A DNA stretch of 64,000 nucleotides from SAR202 cluster bacterium (GTDB lineage Bacteria; Chloroflexota; Dehalococcoidia; Lucifugimonadales; UBA826), in NCBI GenBank assembly GCA_022447825.1, contig JAKUTY010000004.1, positions 6,180 to 70,179 of the forward strand, given 5' to 3'. Numbering within the stretch: the first letter of the stretch is position 1; every line of letters begins with the position of its first letter. The notes under the pieces are model-generated. The model was given only the letters and a program-made list of their open reading frames with translations. It was not told the DNA's origin and did not search any database. A program made the translations under genes and the position numbers. Shown piece after piece: positions 8,963 through 17,570 of this stretch.

Positions 8963-10126
8963 TTAATTTGCTTTAATGAAGGTTTCTATTCTAGATAAAG
9001 CCTCATTCAGATTTTTTTCAGAATTGGCAAATGAAATTCTTAAGAATCCTTCTCCATATTTTCCAAAACACTCTCCGGCTAATAAAGCTACTCCAGCCTC
9101 TTCTAGAAGTCTGTTAGCTAAAAGTCCACTAGAAAATCCTGTCCCTGAAATACTAGGGAAGGCATAAAATGCACCTTTAGGCATGGCACAATTAAATCCA
9201 GGAATTGAGTTTAATCCATCTACTATTAAGTTCCGTCTTTTTTTGAATTCCTGAACCATTAAGTTTGGCTCTTTTTGAGAACCAGAAATTGCTTCAATGG
9301 CTGCTTTCTGGGTAAAACTTGCAGTGCAAGAAACGCTATTTGTAACTAATCTTGAAATTGGCTCCACCAAATTTTTGGGGAATACTCCATATCCTATTCT
9401 CCACCCAGTCATAGCGTAAGTTTTAGAGAACCCATCTAATATAATTGTTTGAGAAAGCATATCGGGGAAAGTAGTAATACTATTATGTTCCCCTTCAAAT
9501 AGAAACCTTGAATAAATTTCATCTGAAAGTACCAAAATATTATTTTCTTTAGCTAAATTCGCTAATTCCTCTAATTCAGTATCTCCTAAAATACTGCCAC
9601 AAGGATTATTTGGAGAGTTAATAATCATAAGTTTTGTTTTTGACGTAATTTGATTACTAACTTCTTTAATATCTATATTAAAATCCCGGTCTCCATGTAA
9701 TTTCATGGGAACCGCTGTGCCTCCACAAAATTCGATCATTGACTCATAAATTGGAAATCCCGGGTTTGGGTACAATACTTCATCACCATTTTCAATCAAT
9801 GCAAGCATGACAAAGAACATAATTGGTTTTCCGCCAGGAGTAACTATTACATTTTCACCTGAAACGTTGATTCCTCTTGATGTATTAATTTCATTAGCAA
9901 TGGCATCTCTTAAATCTCCATATCCTGGTGATGGGTTGTATGAGGTGAATCCATTAGATAAGGCGTTTTGGCCTGCGGTAATGATATTTTCTGGGGTGTT
10001 GAAATCAGGTTCCCCGATTTCTAAGTGGATTACATTTTTACCTTGGGATTCTAATTTTTGTGCTTTAGCTAGAACTTCAAACGCTGTCTCTGTTCCAAGC
10101 CTATTCATTCTTTTAGCTAGTTTCAT
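8963..10126 (-). CDS. Class I/II PLP-dependent aminotransferase (aspartate aminotransferase-like)
   Basis: 387 aa. NPCG and SKTYAMTGWRIGY (PLP-lysine region) motifs. Confidence 0.88.
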   Translation of the reverse strand: MKLAKRMNRLGTETAFEVLAKAQKLESQGKNVIHLEIGEPDFNTPENIITAGQNALSNGFTSYNPSPGYGDLRDAIANEINTSRGINVSGENVIVTPGGKPIMFFVMLALIENGDEVLYPNPGFPIYESMIEFCGGTAVPMKLHGDRDFNIDIKEVSNQITSKTKLMIINSPNNPCGSILGDTELEELANLAKENNILVLSDEIYSRFLFEGEHNSITTFPDMLSQTIILDGFSKTYAMTGWRIGYGVFPKNLVEPISRLVTNSVSCTASFTQKAAIEAISGSQKEPNLMVQEFKKRRNLIVDGLNSIPGFNCAMPKGAFYAFPSISGTGFSSGLLANRLLEEAGVALLAGECFGKYGEGFLRISFANSEKNLNEALSRIETFIKAN

Positions 10127-10201
10127 CTACAATTCCATAAATATGATATTTTAGTATACATCTATATTTGTCACACTACTACAGATTAAACATCTATAAT
10201 A

Positions 10202-11119
10202 ATGGTCAGGAGTATTAATTTGAAAGTTTATTTAGGTGTACCTAGGGGGTTTTGTGCAGGAGTAGTACGTGCTATAGATATAGTTGAATTGGCACTTAAA
10301 AAATTTGGCCCTCCTGTATATGTTAAACATCAAATTGTCCATAATCCACATGTTGTTAATGATTTAGAAAATAAGGGTGCGATTACGGTAGAAAATGTTG
10401 AAGATATTCCATCAGGTAGTAGGGTAGTGTTTTCTGCTCACGGATCATCTCCACAAGATTTTATTAAGGCAAAATCATTAGAATTAAATGTGATTGATGC
10501 TACATGCCCACTTGTGATAAGGGTTCATAATGAAGCTAAAAAATACCACAAAGATGGGAGAAAGATCATATTAGTTGGTCATAAAGGGCATCAAGAAGTC
10601 ATGGGTACTATGGGGCAAACTGATATGGAATTAATTGATGATAGAGATATCTTTACTCCTCCTGACTGGGATTCCAAAACTCCAGTTGCTGTTATTACTC
10701 AAACTACCCTATCTGTAGATGATACAGAACAATCTATCAACAATATTTCCGAAAAATTTGGAGATGTAATTGTTAGGAACGATTTATGTTATGCAACTAC
10801 TAATCGTCAGATGGCAGTAAAAAAGATTTCAGAATTTGTTGATATGTTTTTAGTTATTGGTGCAGACAACAGTTCTAACTGTAATCGTTTGAGAGAAGTA
10901 GCTGAAAAAAAAGGACTCAGGTCTTATTTAATAAACTCTTTAGATGACCTAGATCTCTCATGGTTAAAAAATGTAAAGAATGTTGGCATTACCTCAGGAG
11001 CTTCAACTCCAGAAAATCTTGTCAATGAAATTGTACATTTTTTAAATCCTGAAGAAGTGATTTATATGGGTGGAGAAGAGGAAAATATTACATTTAATCT
11101 CCCTCTTGAACTACGTTAG
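10202..11119 (+). CDS. ispH: 4-hydroxy-3-methylbut-2-enyl diphosphate reductase
   Basis: PRGFCAGVVRAI and ATCPLV motifs. An alternative start is TTG 10220, preceded by AGGAG, which gives MKVYLGVPRGFCAGV. Confidence 0.93.
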   Translation: MVRSINLKVYLGVPRGFCAGVVRAIDIVELALKKFGPPVYVKHQIVHNPHVVNDLENKGAITVENVEDIPSGSRVVFSAHGSSPQDFIKAKSLELNVIDATCPLVIRVHNEAKKYHKDGRKIILVGHKGHQEVMGTMGQTDMELIDDRDIFTPPDWDSKTPVAVITQTTLSVDDTEQSINNISEKFGDVIVRNDLCYATTNRQMAVKKISEFVDMFLVIGADNSSNCNRLREVAEKKGLRSYLINSLDDLDLSWLKNVKNVGITSGASTPENLVNEIVHFLNPEEVIYMGGEEENITFNLPLELR

Positions 11120-11129
11120 GAGTCTTATT

Positions 11130-11819
11130 TTGAAAATTAACTTGTTAAGTCAATTGTCAGGGGCTGTAGAAGCTAAAGGTGTTGCAGTAGTAATAGATGT
11201 CTTTAGATGTTTTACTACTCAAGCAATTGCATTTCAAAACGGTGCTACTGAGATAATTTTGGTTGCAGAAGTTGAAGAAGCAAAAAAAATAAAAAAAGAA
11301 GGCTTGGGAGATGTTTTACTAGGAGAGGTAGGTGGGAAAAAACCAGATGGATTTGATTTTGGAAATTCTCCCACTGAAATCATAAACGAGGATTTTTCAG
11401 GAAAAACCTTGATTCACTCTACTAGAGCAGGAACAGTAGGTGCTACTTCAGTCAAAAATGCTGACATAATTTATGGAGGATCTTTCGCTATCGCGTCAGC
11501 CACTGTTGCATGTGTCAAAACCCATAAGCCCGATACTGTTAGTTTAGTATCTATGGGACTTGAAGGTAAAATTCGTACAGATGAAGATGAACAATGTGGA
11601 TTATATTTACGAAATTTGCTACAAGGGAGATTTCCAGACCCAAAAGCGGTTCGTTCATTGGTTTTGACTAGTGAAGAATCTGAGAAATACGATAATCCTG
11701 ATTTACCTCAATGGCCTGAGAGTGACAGGGAAATTGCATTAACTTTTGATTCACATCAATTTGGAATTAGAATTTTTAATGAAAAAGGAATGGTAGTTTC
11801 TCGGCCTGAATATATTTAA
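11130..11819 (+). CDS. comB: 2-phosphosulfolactate phosphatase family protein (ComB-like)
   Basis: VVIDVFRCFTT...GFDFGNSP is the ComB family signature. Start placed at TTG 11130, with AGGAG 8 nt upstream and after the ispH stop. ORF-track start 11070 overlaps ispH. Confidence 0.8.
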   Translation: MKINLLSQLSGAVEAKGVAVVIDVFRCFTTQAIAFQNGATEIILVAEVEEAKKIKKEGLGDVLLGEVGGKKPDGFDFGNSPTEIINEDFSGKTLIHSTRAGTVGATSVKNADIIYGGSFAIASATVACVKTHKPDTVSLVSMGLEGKIRTDEDEQCGLYLRNLLQGRFPDPKAVRSLVLTSEESEKYDNPDLPQWPESDREIALTFDSHQFGIRIFNEKGMVVSRPEYI

Positions 11820-13696
11820 TCTTGTTTGATATCAAAAAATGTATTTACTAATTCTTCTTTTTGTTTTTGTGTTATGTCTTTCTTGTTGTTTTGCAGAGAT
11901 CTAAGAAACTTATTCACTATACAAACTCCTAATACAAACCCTGAACCGATTACATATATTAAACTCATGGAAATAAATCCATTTACTAGATCCTCTATGA
12001 TCCATTTAGCTACAAAATCCAAGCGTTCTCCAACTAATAATTGTGTAGAAAAGTATGGAGTTCCTTCTGTAATTAATTGAGTGATAGCTAAATTAATTTG
12101 TGATTCAATTAATGGGTATGCATATATTGGGAAAATGAAATTCCAAATTACAAAAATCACTAAACTAGAGATTAATAAAGATGAAGATGCCCAAATAATT
12201 TTGTTGATCAGCATTTTTGCACCCAAAAATCCAAAAATTAAGGCTATCAATATCGGAATTAAGTACAAGAGTATTTGAAAAATGCCAGATAAAGCTAAAA
12301 GACTTCTAATACTTTCTATACTGTTATGTAAAGCTTGTCCTTGAGGTTGTGAGGTTAAAATTTGTTTGTAGTCTTCATCAGAAAATTTAAAACCACCTGT
12401 TAAATAATCTCGTATTTCATTAAATTGTTGAAGATTGCCTGAATCAGATAAAAGTTGTTCAAAATCAGATTCCGTAAAAATATACCCATTTTTCATTACA
12501 TCTCTTACAGATTGTAATTGATCCATTGCATCGGGAGAAATAGATAGTAAAGTTTTTTCGTCAAAATTTATTGAGTCTGGAATATTAGAAAGAATTAAGG
12601 GTTCAATTTGAGACATTACGTTCGCCGTAATTGCATCAGTATCTATAGTTTGTTCAATTAGAGGGTTTAAAGAATCAAATCTTTCTTCAAGTTGGTCTTT
12701 AAGCAAAACTGAAATTCCGTCTACAGAATTTTTTTTAACTGGACTTAATGGAATGACAATATTGAATTCATCTTTTGTTCCTAATATGTACATAGATACA
12801 TCATCTATTACGGATTCAGTTGTAGATTGAATCCATTCAGGGGTAGCACTAGATTTTAATGTTGTAATCAGCTGATCTTCAGGTAGAGAAATTTGATATG
12901 GAAGTTCAGGTATATTTTTTATAGCTGATGAAATTGCAGGAGTGGCTACATTATCAAATATAGAATTGTAAGTATCACCTTGGGACAGTATAGTTTTTGT
13001 TTCAGTAATAGCAGACTGCGAAAATTCTTGAGTATTGATTTTGATAGTGAATGTGTCTGTTCTTCCAACCATATATGGAGTTATTTCAAAAAGTGCACTA
13101 TCAATTTGATTTGTCACCCATTTTTCAGTAATTACATTTTGTACAGAATTCATTAATGAGTCTTCAGAAATTTGAATTCCTAAAGGTAATTCAGTTTTTG
13201 AAATACCTTTTAATTGTGGTCTGATTTGAGTCTCAAATAACCAATCATAAATTTCAGCATTTTTAATGAGTTGACTTATTTCAAGGGATGCAGCCTCTAT
13301 CCTTTCATCGACAGGGATTTGAACAGAGAAAGAGTCAGATTGACCTACAAAGTACGTACCTACTTCAGTAAAAGAGGTCTCTGTATTTGATTGTAACCAA
13401 TCTACAGGAATTATACGATTTAGTGACTCTATAATTTCATCATTCGACAAATTTTTAGATAATATCCACACAGGATCATTGGACTCACTGGTATTTGGGG
13501 GTCTACCTTCTTCTAGTACCGACTTTGGAACATCTTTTAGTATGAAATTGTAAAGGTCACCGGAAGAAATAATTTCTAAGTAGTAGGTAGGGTTAAGTGC
13601 CCTAACTGTGATTTGATTTGTAAAAATTGTTGCTTGTAAAACAACTACTAGTAACAAAAATATGGGTGTTCCAAAAAATCTTCTTATCCAAATCAT
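11816..13696 (-). CDS. Hypothetical large membrane protein with three internal ~95-aa repeats
   Basis: 626 aa. N-terminal TM, an extracytoplasmic region with a triplicated W(L/V/I)Q/N-x-ExY(F/M/I)(V/L)Gx-D-F-x-I module, then a C-terminal cluster of hydrophobic helices. I recognise no family. Confidence 0.7.
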   Translation of the reverse strand: MIWIRRFFGTPIFLLLVVVLQATIFTNQITVRALNPTYYLEIISSGDLYNFILKDVPKSVLEEGRPPNTSESNDPVWILSKNLSNDEIIESLNRIIPVDWLQSNTETSFTEVGTYFVGQSDSFSVQIPVDERIEAASLEISQLIKNAEIYDWLFETQIRPQLKGISKTELPLGIQISEDSLMNSVQNVITEKWVTNQIDSALFEITPYMVGRTDTFTIKINTQEFSQSAITETKTILSQGDTYNSIFDNVATPAISSAIKNIPELPYQISLPEDQLITTLKSSATPEWIQSTTESVIDDVSMYILGTKDEFNIVIPLSPVKKNSVDGISVLLKDQLEERFDSLNPLIEQTIDTDAITANVMSQIEPLILSNIPDSINFDEKTLLSISPDAMDQLQSVRDVMKNGYIFTESDFEQLLSDSGNLQQFNEIRDYLTGGFKFSDEDYKQILTSQPQGQALHNSIESIRSLLALSGIFQILLYLIPILIALIFGFLGAKMLINKIIWASSSLLISSLVIFVIWNFIFPIYAYPLIESQINLAITQLITEGTPYFSTQLLVGERLDFVAKWIIEDLVNGFISMSLIYVIGSGFVLGVCIVNKFLRSLQNNKKDITQKQKEELVNTFFDIKQD

Positions 13697-13788
13697 TTAA
13701 ATTTCTTTTGAATATTGTGTCTGTAAATGGTGAGGCATATTGATCAATAATTCAAGCTTTCTAAACTCCCAGTTTAGTGCTAAAAACT

Positions 13789-14007
13789 TCAACCTACTCC
13801 GTAGTACCCTACTTGAACTGTGTCCCCGTTGACTAAAACTGGGGTAATTCTTTCTCCTCCTGTTAACTTTTCAAGATCAGGTATTTTCTCAGGATTAATA
13901 GATAAATCAATTTCTTCAAAATCAATTGATTGATCATTTAGATCAGATTTGAGTGCATCTGAATAAGTGCAGTCGGGACGTGTGTATAAAAAAATTGTGT
14001 CATTCAT
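13789..14007 (-). CDS. Glutaredoxin/NrdH-like small redoxin with a CxxS motif
   Basis: 72 aa. FLYTRPDCTYSDALK...TPVLVNGDTVQVGYYG has the glutaredoxin-fold pattern. Only one Cys sits in the active-site motif. Confidence 0.7.
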   Translation of the reverse strand: MNDTIFLYTRPDCTYSDALKSDLNDQSIDFEEIDLSINPEKIPDLEKLTGGERITPVLVNGDTVQVGYYGVG

Positions 14008-14044
14008 TTAAACGTAATATTACCATTATTTACCCTAATGTAAT

Positions 14045-14458
14045 CTATTTAAAAAACTTGATTGGCCAAATTCGGATTAGTACAATTTCTGAAATGCTAT
14101 TTTTCTTGATTGAACCTATTTCTCTACTGTCTTTTGAACTTTGTCGCCTATTGTCACCTAGTACATAAAAATTATTGTAGGGGATTGTCAGATCATGGAA
14201 ATCTGTGTAGTTGGATTCTGGTAAACCTTTTAAATAATCATTTGATATTGTCAATTTATTTAAATGTACTTGCCCCTCAGTTATGAGAATATGGTCTCCC
14301 TCAATACCAATAATTCGTTTTATGATTAATGTGTTTTGAAAATTAAAAATTACGATTTGATTTCTTTTGAATTTCTTTGATTTTTTTGTTAATACATAGT
14401 CCCCATTTTTTAATGTAGGCTGCATACTATTATTCTTGATTTTACGGATTTTAATCAT
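14045..14458 (-). CDS. sodX: S26 signal-peptidase-like protease, putative NiSOD maturation protease SodX
   Basis: SMQPTL (catalytic Ser box) and GDNRRQSSKDSR boxes. Divergently adjacent to sodN. Confidence 0.8.
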   Translation of the reverse strand: MIKIRKIKNNSMQPTLKNGDYVLTKKSKKFKRNQIVIFNFQNTLIIKRIIGIEGDHILITEGQVHLNKLTISNDYLKGLPESNYTDFHDLTIPYNNFYVLGDNRRQSSKDSREIGSIKKNSISEIVLIRIWPIKFFK

Positions 14459-14553
14459 GTTGCGATTCTACACGGTTTTAATGTATCTTCTAATTAAGAA
14501 ATAAAAATTTCTGAATAAATTTTTGCTATAAAAAGCTTACAAAGAGGTGAAAA

Positions 14554-15021
14554 ATGAATCTGTTATCTTCTATCGAACAACTATTCGCTATTAAATCTGT
14601 TGAGGCACACTGTGATGTTCCTTGTGGAATCTATGATCCAATTACTGCAAAAATTGCAGCCCAAACTGTTTTGAAAATGGCAGTTAGATTGGAAGCTGTC
14701 GAAATGCCTCCTTCCTCAATTAATACACCAAATAGTGTTGCAAGATACGTTGCTGTAAAAGAAGAACATGCCGAAGCTGTTAAACATGATCTAAGTGTTT
14801 TGTGGTCAGATTACTTTAAACCTGAGCACTTGGAAAAATATCCTAATCTTCATGAATTATTTTGGAATGCTAATAAATTGGCCGGAGCCAATAAGCAGGG
14901 AGTCAGTTCAGAATCTGCCCAAAAGCTAGTAGATACTGTAGATGAGATTGCTTCAATATTTTGGGCATCTAAGGGCGTGGATTACTCTGATCCTAATTCG
15001 TCTGTAAGGTATGGAGCCTAA
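14554..15021 (+). CDS. sodN: Nickel superoxide dismutase precursor
   Basis: Pro-peptide MNLLSSIEQLFAIKSVEA followed by the HCDVPCGIYDP nickel-hook motif. Confidence 0.93.
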   Translation: MNLLSSIEQLFAIKSVEAHCDVPCGIYDPITAKIAAQTVLKMAVRLEAVEMPPSSINTPNSVARYVAVKEEHAEAVKHDLSVLWSDYFKPEHLEKYPNLHELFWNANKLAGANKQGVSSESAQKLVDTVDEIASIFWASKGVDYSDPNSSVRYGA

Positions 15022-15030
15022 CTTTTTAAA

Positions 15031-15064
15031 ATAGGGCTTCTGTTCATAGAAGCCCTATTTTTTA
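15031..15064. terminator. Bidirectional intrinsic terminator between convergent sodN and cupin genes
   Basis: Perfect 11-bp stem: AUAGGGCUUCU (15031-15041) pairs with AGAAGCCCUAU (15048-15058). Flanked by an A/T run upstream and U6 downstream. Overlaps the cupin stop codon. Confidence 0.75.
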
Positions 15065-15387
15065 TAATCCTCTCTAGGCGGACTAAAAATATCTAATGCC
15101 TTTGCAGGAATTGCACCAGTTATTACTTTATGAGGTACGTTGGCTGGAATCATATAATATTCTCCTTTAGAAATTGTTTTGGATTCATTGCCAATAACAA
15201 ATTCGAATTCACCCTCTAGTACTAACCCCGCTTGTTCGTTTTCATGTACGTGTTCTGGAACAATTGATCCAGGTTCTAGCTCTACAAGGCTCATCATGAT
15301 TTTCTCCCCCCACAAAGTTTTTAATACAACTCCTTCAGCTCTATTGATTTCAGTTAAATCAGATTCATTAAAAAAATACATTTTCAC
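15055..15387 (-). CDS. Cupin-domain protein
   Basis: 110 aa with PEHVHENEQ...IPANVPH, the two-His cupin motifs. Confidence 0.75.
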   Translation of the reverse strand: MKMYFFNESDLTEINRAEGVVLKTLWGEKIMMSLVELEPGSIVPEHVHENEQAGLVLEGEFEFVIGNESKTISKGEYYMIPANVPHKVITGAIPAKALDIFSPPREDYKK

Positions 15388-16313
15388 CTCTTAATTATCG
15401 ATATTTTTTGATTATGCAATTGCAAGCATGTGGTTATAATGTCATTGATGGGAGTTTTTACTTTCATTTGTTTCCCCAATTTTGAAACAGCTCCATTAAT
15501 TACTTCGATTTCAGTTAAATTGTTTGATTTTAAATCTTCATACATAGAAGAAATTAGGTTTGAGGAATTTTTTTCAAATTCTCCCATAATATTTTTAACA
15601 ATCTCACTAGATATATTCATATCCATTGCATTGGCTACAGATAACGATTCTTGAAGCACTGAAGACACTAATTTTTTTGATTTTTGTTCAGATAGAATTA
15701 ATTTAAACTCTTGTTGTAATAAACAAGAGATACCACTGAGTGCAGAAATGTAAATGAGCTTTTTCCACAAATTTTCCTGAATATTATTGGAAATTTCAAA
15801 ATTGATTTCTGTATTTTGAAAAATTGAATTAACTAATTCATTCTGTTTGCTAGTTCCACCAAATACTATTTTAGGATTGCCCCCAAATTCTTTTATTACT
15901 CCTGGGGAAATTTTAGTTGCATCAATGTAAGTTGCTCCAGGTATAACATGATTAACTCCAAAATGATTAGATAAGAATTCTTGACTTCCTATTCCATTTT
16001 GAATTGATAATATTTGTGTAGTTTGGCTTAACACCTTTTCTATAATAGGAATAGATGATTCATTTTGATAGGATTTAATGCTGAATAAGACAAGATCAGC
16101 TTGATAGTTTTTAGGGGGTTTTTCAAAAACATTTATTTTAAATGTTTTATTTCCAGTTGATTTACTAATTATTTTTAGTCCATTTTGTTTAATTGCTTCT
16201 AAATGATTGCCTCTTGCAACAAAACTTACCTCATGATTATTTAATAATAAGGATCCAAAATAACTACCAACAGAGCCTGCAGCCATAATTAATACTTTCA
16301 TTTTTCCTCTCAT
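15384..16313 (-). CDS. panE: 2-dehydropantoate 2-reductase (ketopantoate reductase family)
   Basis: MKVLIMAAGSVGSYFG Rossmann N-terminus and ApbA/PanE-like length. The real start may be ATG 16301 (MKVLIM). Confidence 0.8.
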   Translation of the reverse strand: MRGKMKVLIMAAGSVGSYFGSLLLNNHEVSFVARGNHLEAIKQNGLKIISKSTGNKTFKINVFEKPPKNYQADLVLFSIKSYQNESSIPIIEKVLSQTTQILSIQNGIGSQEFLSNHFGVNHVIPGATYIDATKISPGVIKEFGGNPKIVFGGTSKQNELVNSIFQNTEINFEISNNIQENLWKKLIYISALSGISCLLQQEFKLILSEQKSKKLVSSVLQESLSVANAMDMNISSEIVKNIMGEFEKNSSNLISSMYEDLKSNNLTEIEVINGAVSKLGKQMKVKTPINDIITTCLQLHNQKISIIKR

Positions 16314-16353
16314 TAATATTAATTAAAAATATGCTATATAATAATCTAAAATA

Positions 16354-16533
16354 ATTGCGTTGATCAGGATTAGTAACTATTACAGATATTGAAAGAGAGC
16401 TGGATAAGCTGTGAACCAGTGAATTGAGTGTAGTGAATGGACCTGTTAGCAATATAGAAATAAGAGCTTTTCTTTTGAAAAGAAATAGGGTGGCACCGCG
16501 GTATATATCGTCCCTTGAGGGCGATATTTTTTT
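16354..16533 (+). promoter_or_regulatory. T-box riboswitch leader, tryptophan specifier (UGG)
   Basis: Stem I is closed by AUUGC (16354-58) and GCAAU (16449-53). Specifier context GAA-UGG-A has UGG at 16438-40. T-box sequence AAUAGGGUGGCACCGCGG at 16484-16501. Terminator 16505-16527 plus U6 at 16528-33. Possible -10 TATAAT at 16337-42. Confidence 0.85.
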
Positions 16534-16544
16534 GGGAAAAATTT

Positions 16545-17570
16545 ATGACAAATAAACAGATCAGGGTTTTTAGTGGTGTACAGCCTAGTGGAGATCCTCA
16601 ATTAGGAAATTATCTAGGTGCTTTTAAAGGATGGGTTAAAAGACAATCTGAAAAAGACAATTTTTTCTGTATTGTTGATTTACATGCATTAACTGTTACT
16701 CCTTCACCTGAAGATCTCAAAAAACAAACTAGGGAATTGGCCGCAGTATTGTTTGCTTGTGGAATAAACCCAGATCAAAGTACGCTTTTTGTTCAAAGTC
16801 ACGTTACAGCCCATGCTGAGGGGTGTTGGTTATTAAATTGTGTAACTCCCATTGGATGGCTCGAAAGAATGACACAGTTTAAAGATAAGTCAGAAGGTAA
16901 AGAGAGAGTTTCAACTGGGTTATTGGATTATCCTGTATTAATGGCAGGAGATATTCTTTTGTACGATGCTGATGAAGTGCCTGTAGGGGAAGATCAAAAA
17001 CAACATGTTGAACTCTCAAGAGATATTGCTGAGAGATTTAATAGATTGTATGGCGAAACTTTTAAAATCCCTCAACCTATTATTCCTGAAATAGGTGGCA
17101 GAGTGATGGGCTTGAATGATCCAAATGTAAAAATGTCAAAAAGCTTTTCTGATATTAGAGGTCATGCCATTAGGATTTTGGATGATCCTAAGGAGATTGA
17201 AAGATCTTTTATGAGAGCAGTCACAGATTCATCAAATGAAATTGTTTTTAGTAATTCTCCTGAAAAAGCAGGGGTCAATAACATGTTGGGTATATATAAA
17301 GTTATTACAGAAAAATCTGAAAAGGAAGTAGAAAAAGATTTTGCTTCAGCTAGGGGCTATGGTGATTTAAAAAAAGCAGTAGCAGAAGTTGTAATTGAAG
17401 AACTTCGTCCAATTAGAGAAAAATATTTGGACTTGATTCAAGATGTAAGTGAATTAGACAGATTATTGTCTGTAGGAGCTCAACAAGCTTCATCAATTTC
17501 TACTCCAAAACTTGACCAAATGAAAGATAAAATGGGATTAATTTTACCAATAAGTAAGGAATTGTATTAA
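16545..17570 (+). CDS. trpS: Tryptophan--tRNA ligase
   Basis: VFSGVQPSG...GNYLG (HIGH region) and KMSKS present. Start taken at ATG 16545, downstream of the T-box terminator, rather than ORF-track TTG 16515. Confidence 0.95.
   Translation: MTNKQIRVFSGVQPSGDPQLGNYLGAFKGWVKRQSEKDNFFCIVDLHALTVTPSPEDLKKQTRELAAVLFACGINPDQSTLFVQSHVTAHAEGCWLLNCVTPIGWLERMTQFKDKSEGKERVSTGLLDYPVLMAGDILLYDADEVPVGEDQKQHVELSRDIAERFNRLYGETFKIPQPIIPEIGGRVMGLNDPNVKMSKSFSDIRGHAIRILDDPKEIERSFMRAVTDSSNEIVFSNSPEKAGVNNMLGIYKVITEKSEKEVEKDFASARGYGDLKKAVAEVVIEELRPIREKYLDLIQDVSELDRLLSVGAQQASSISTPKLDQMKDKMGLILPISKELY

Noticed and set aside
11070-11129. ORF-track 5' extension of comB
   Set aside because: It overlaps the ispH 3' end. 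TTG 11130 has an AGGAG SD and gives a family-typical N-terminus.
11826-12278. ORFs 11826-12080(+) and 12081-12278(+)
   Set aside because: They are antisense to the TM-rich C-terminus of the 626-aa membrane protein. AT-rich hydrophobic codons read open on both strands.
16264-16452. 62-aa ORF on the minus strand between panE and trpS
   Set aside because: It overlaps the panE start and T-box Stem I. The region is better explained as the riboswitch leader.
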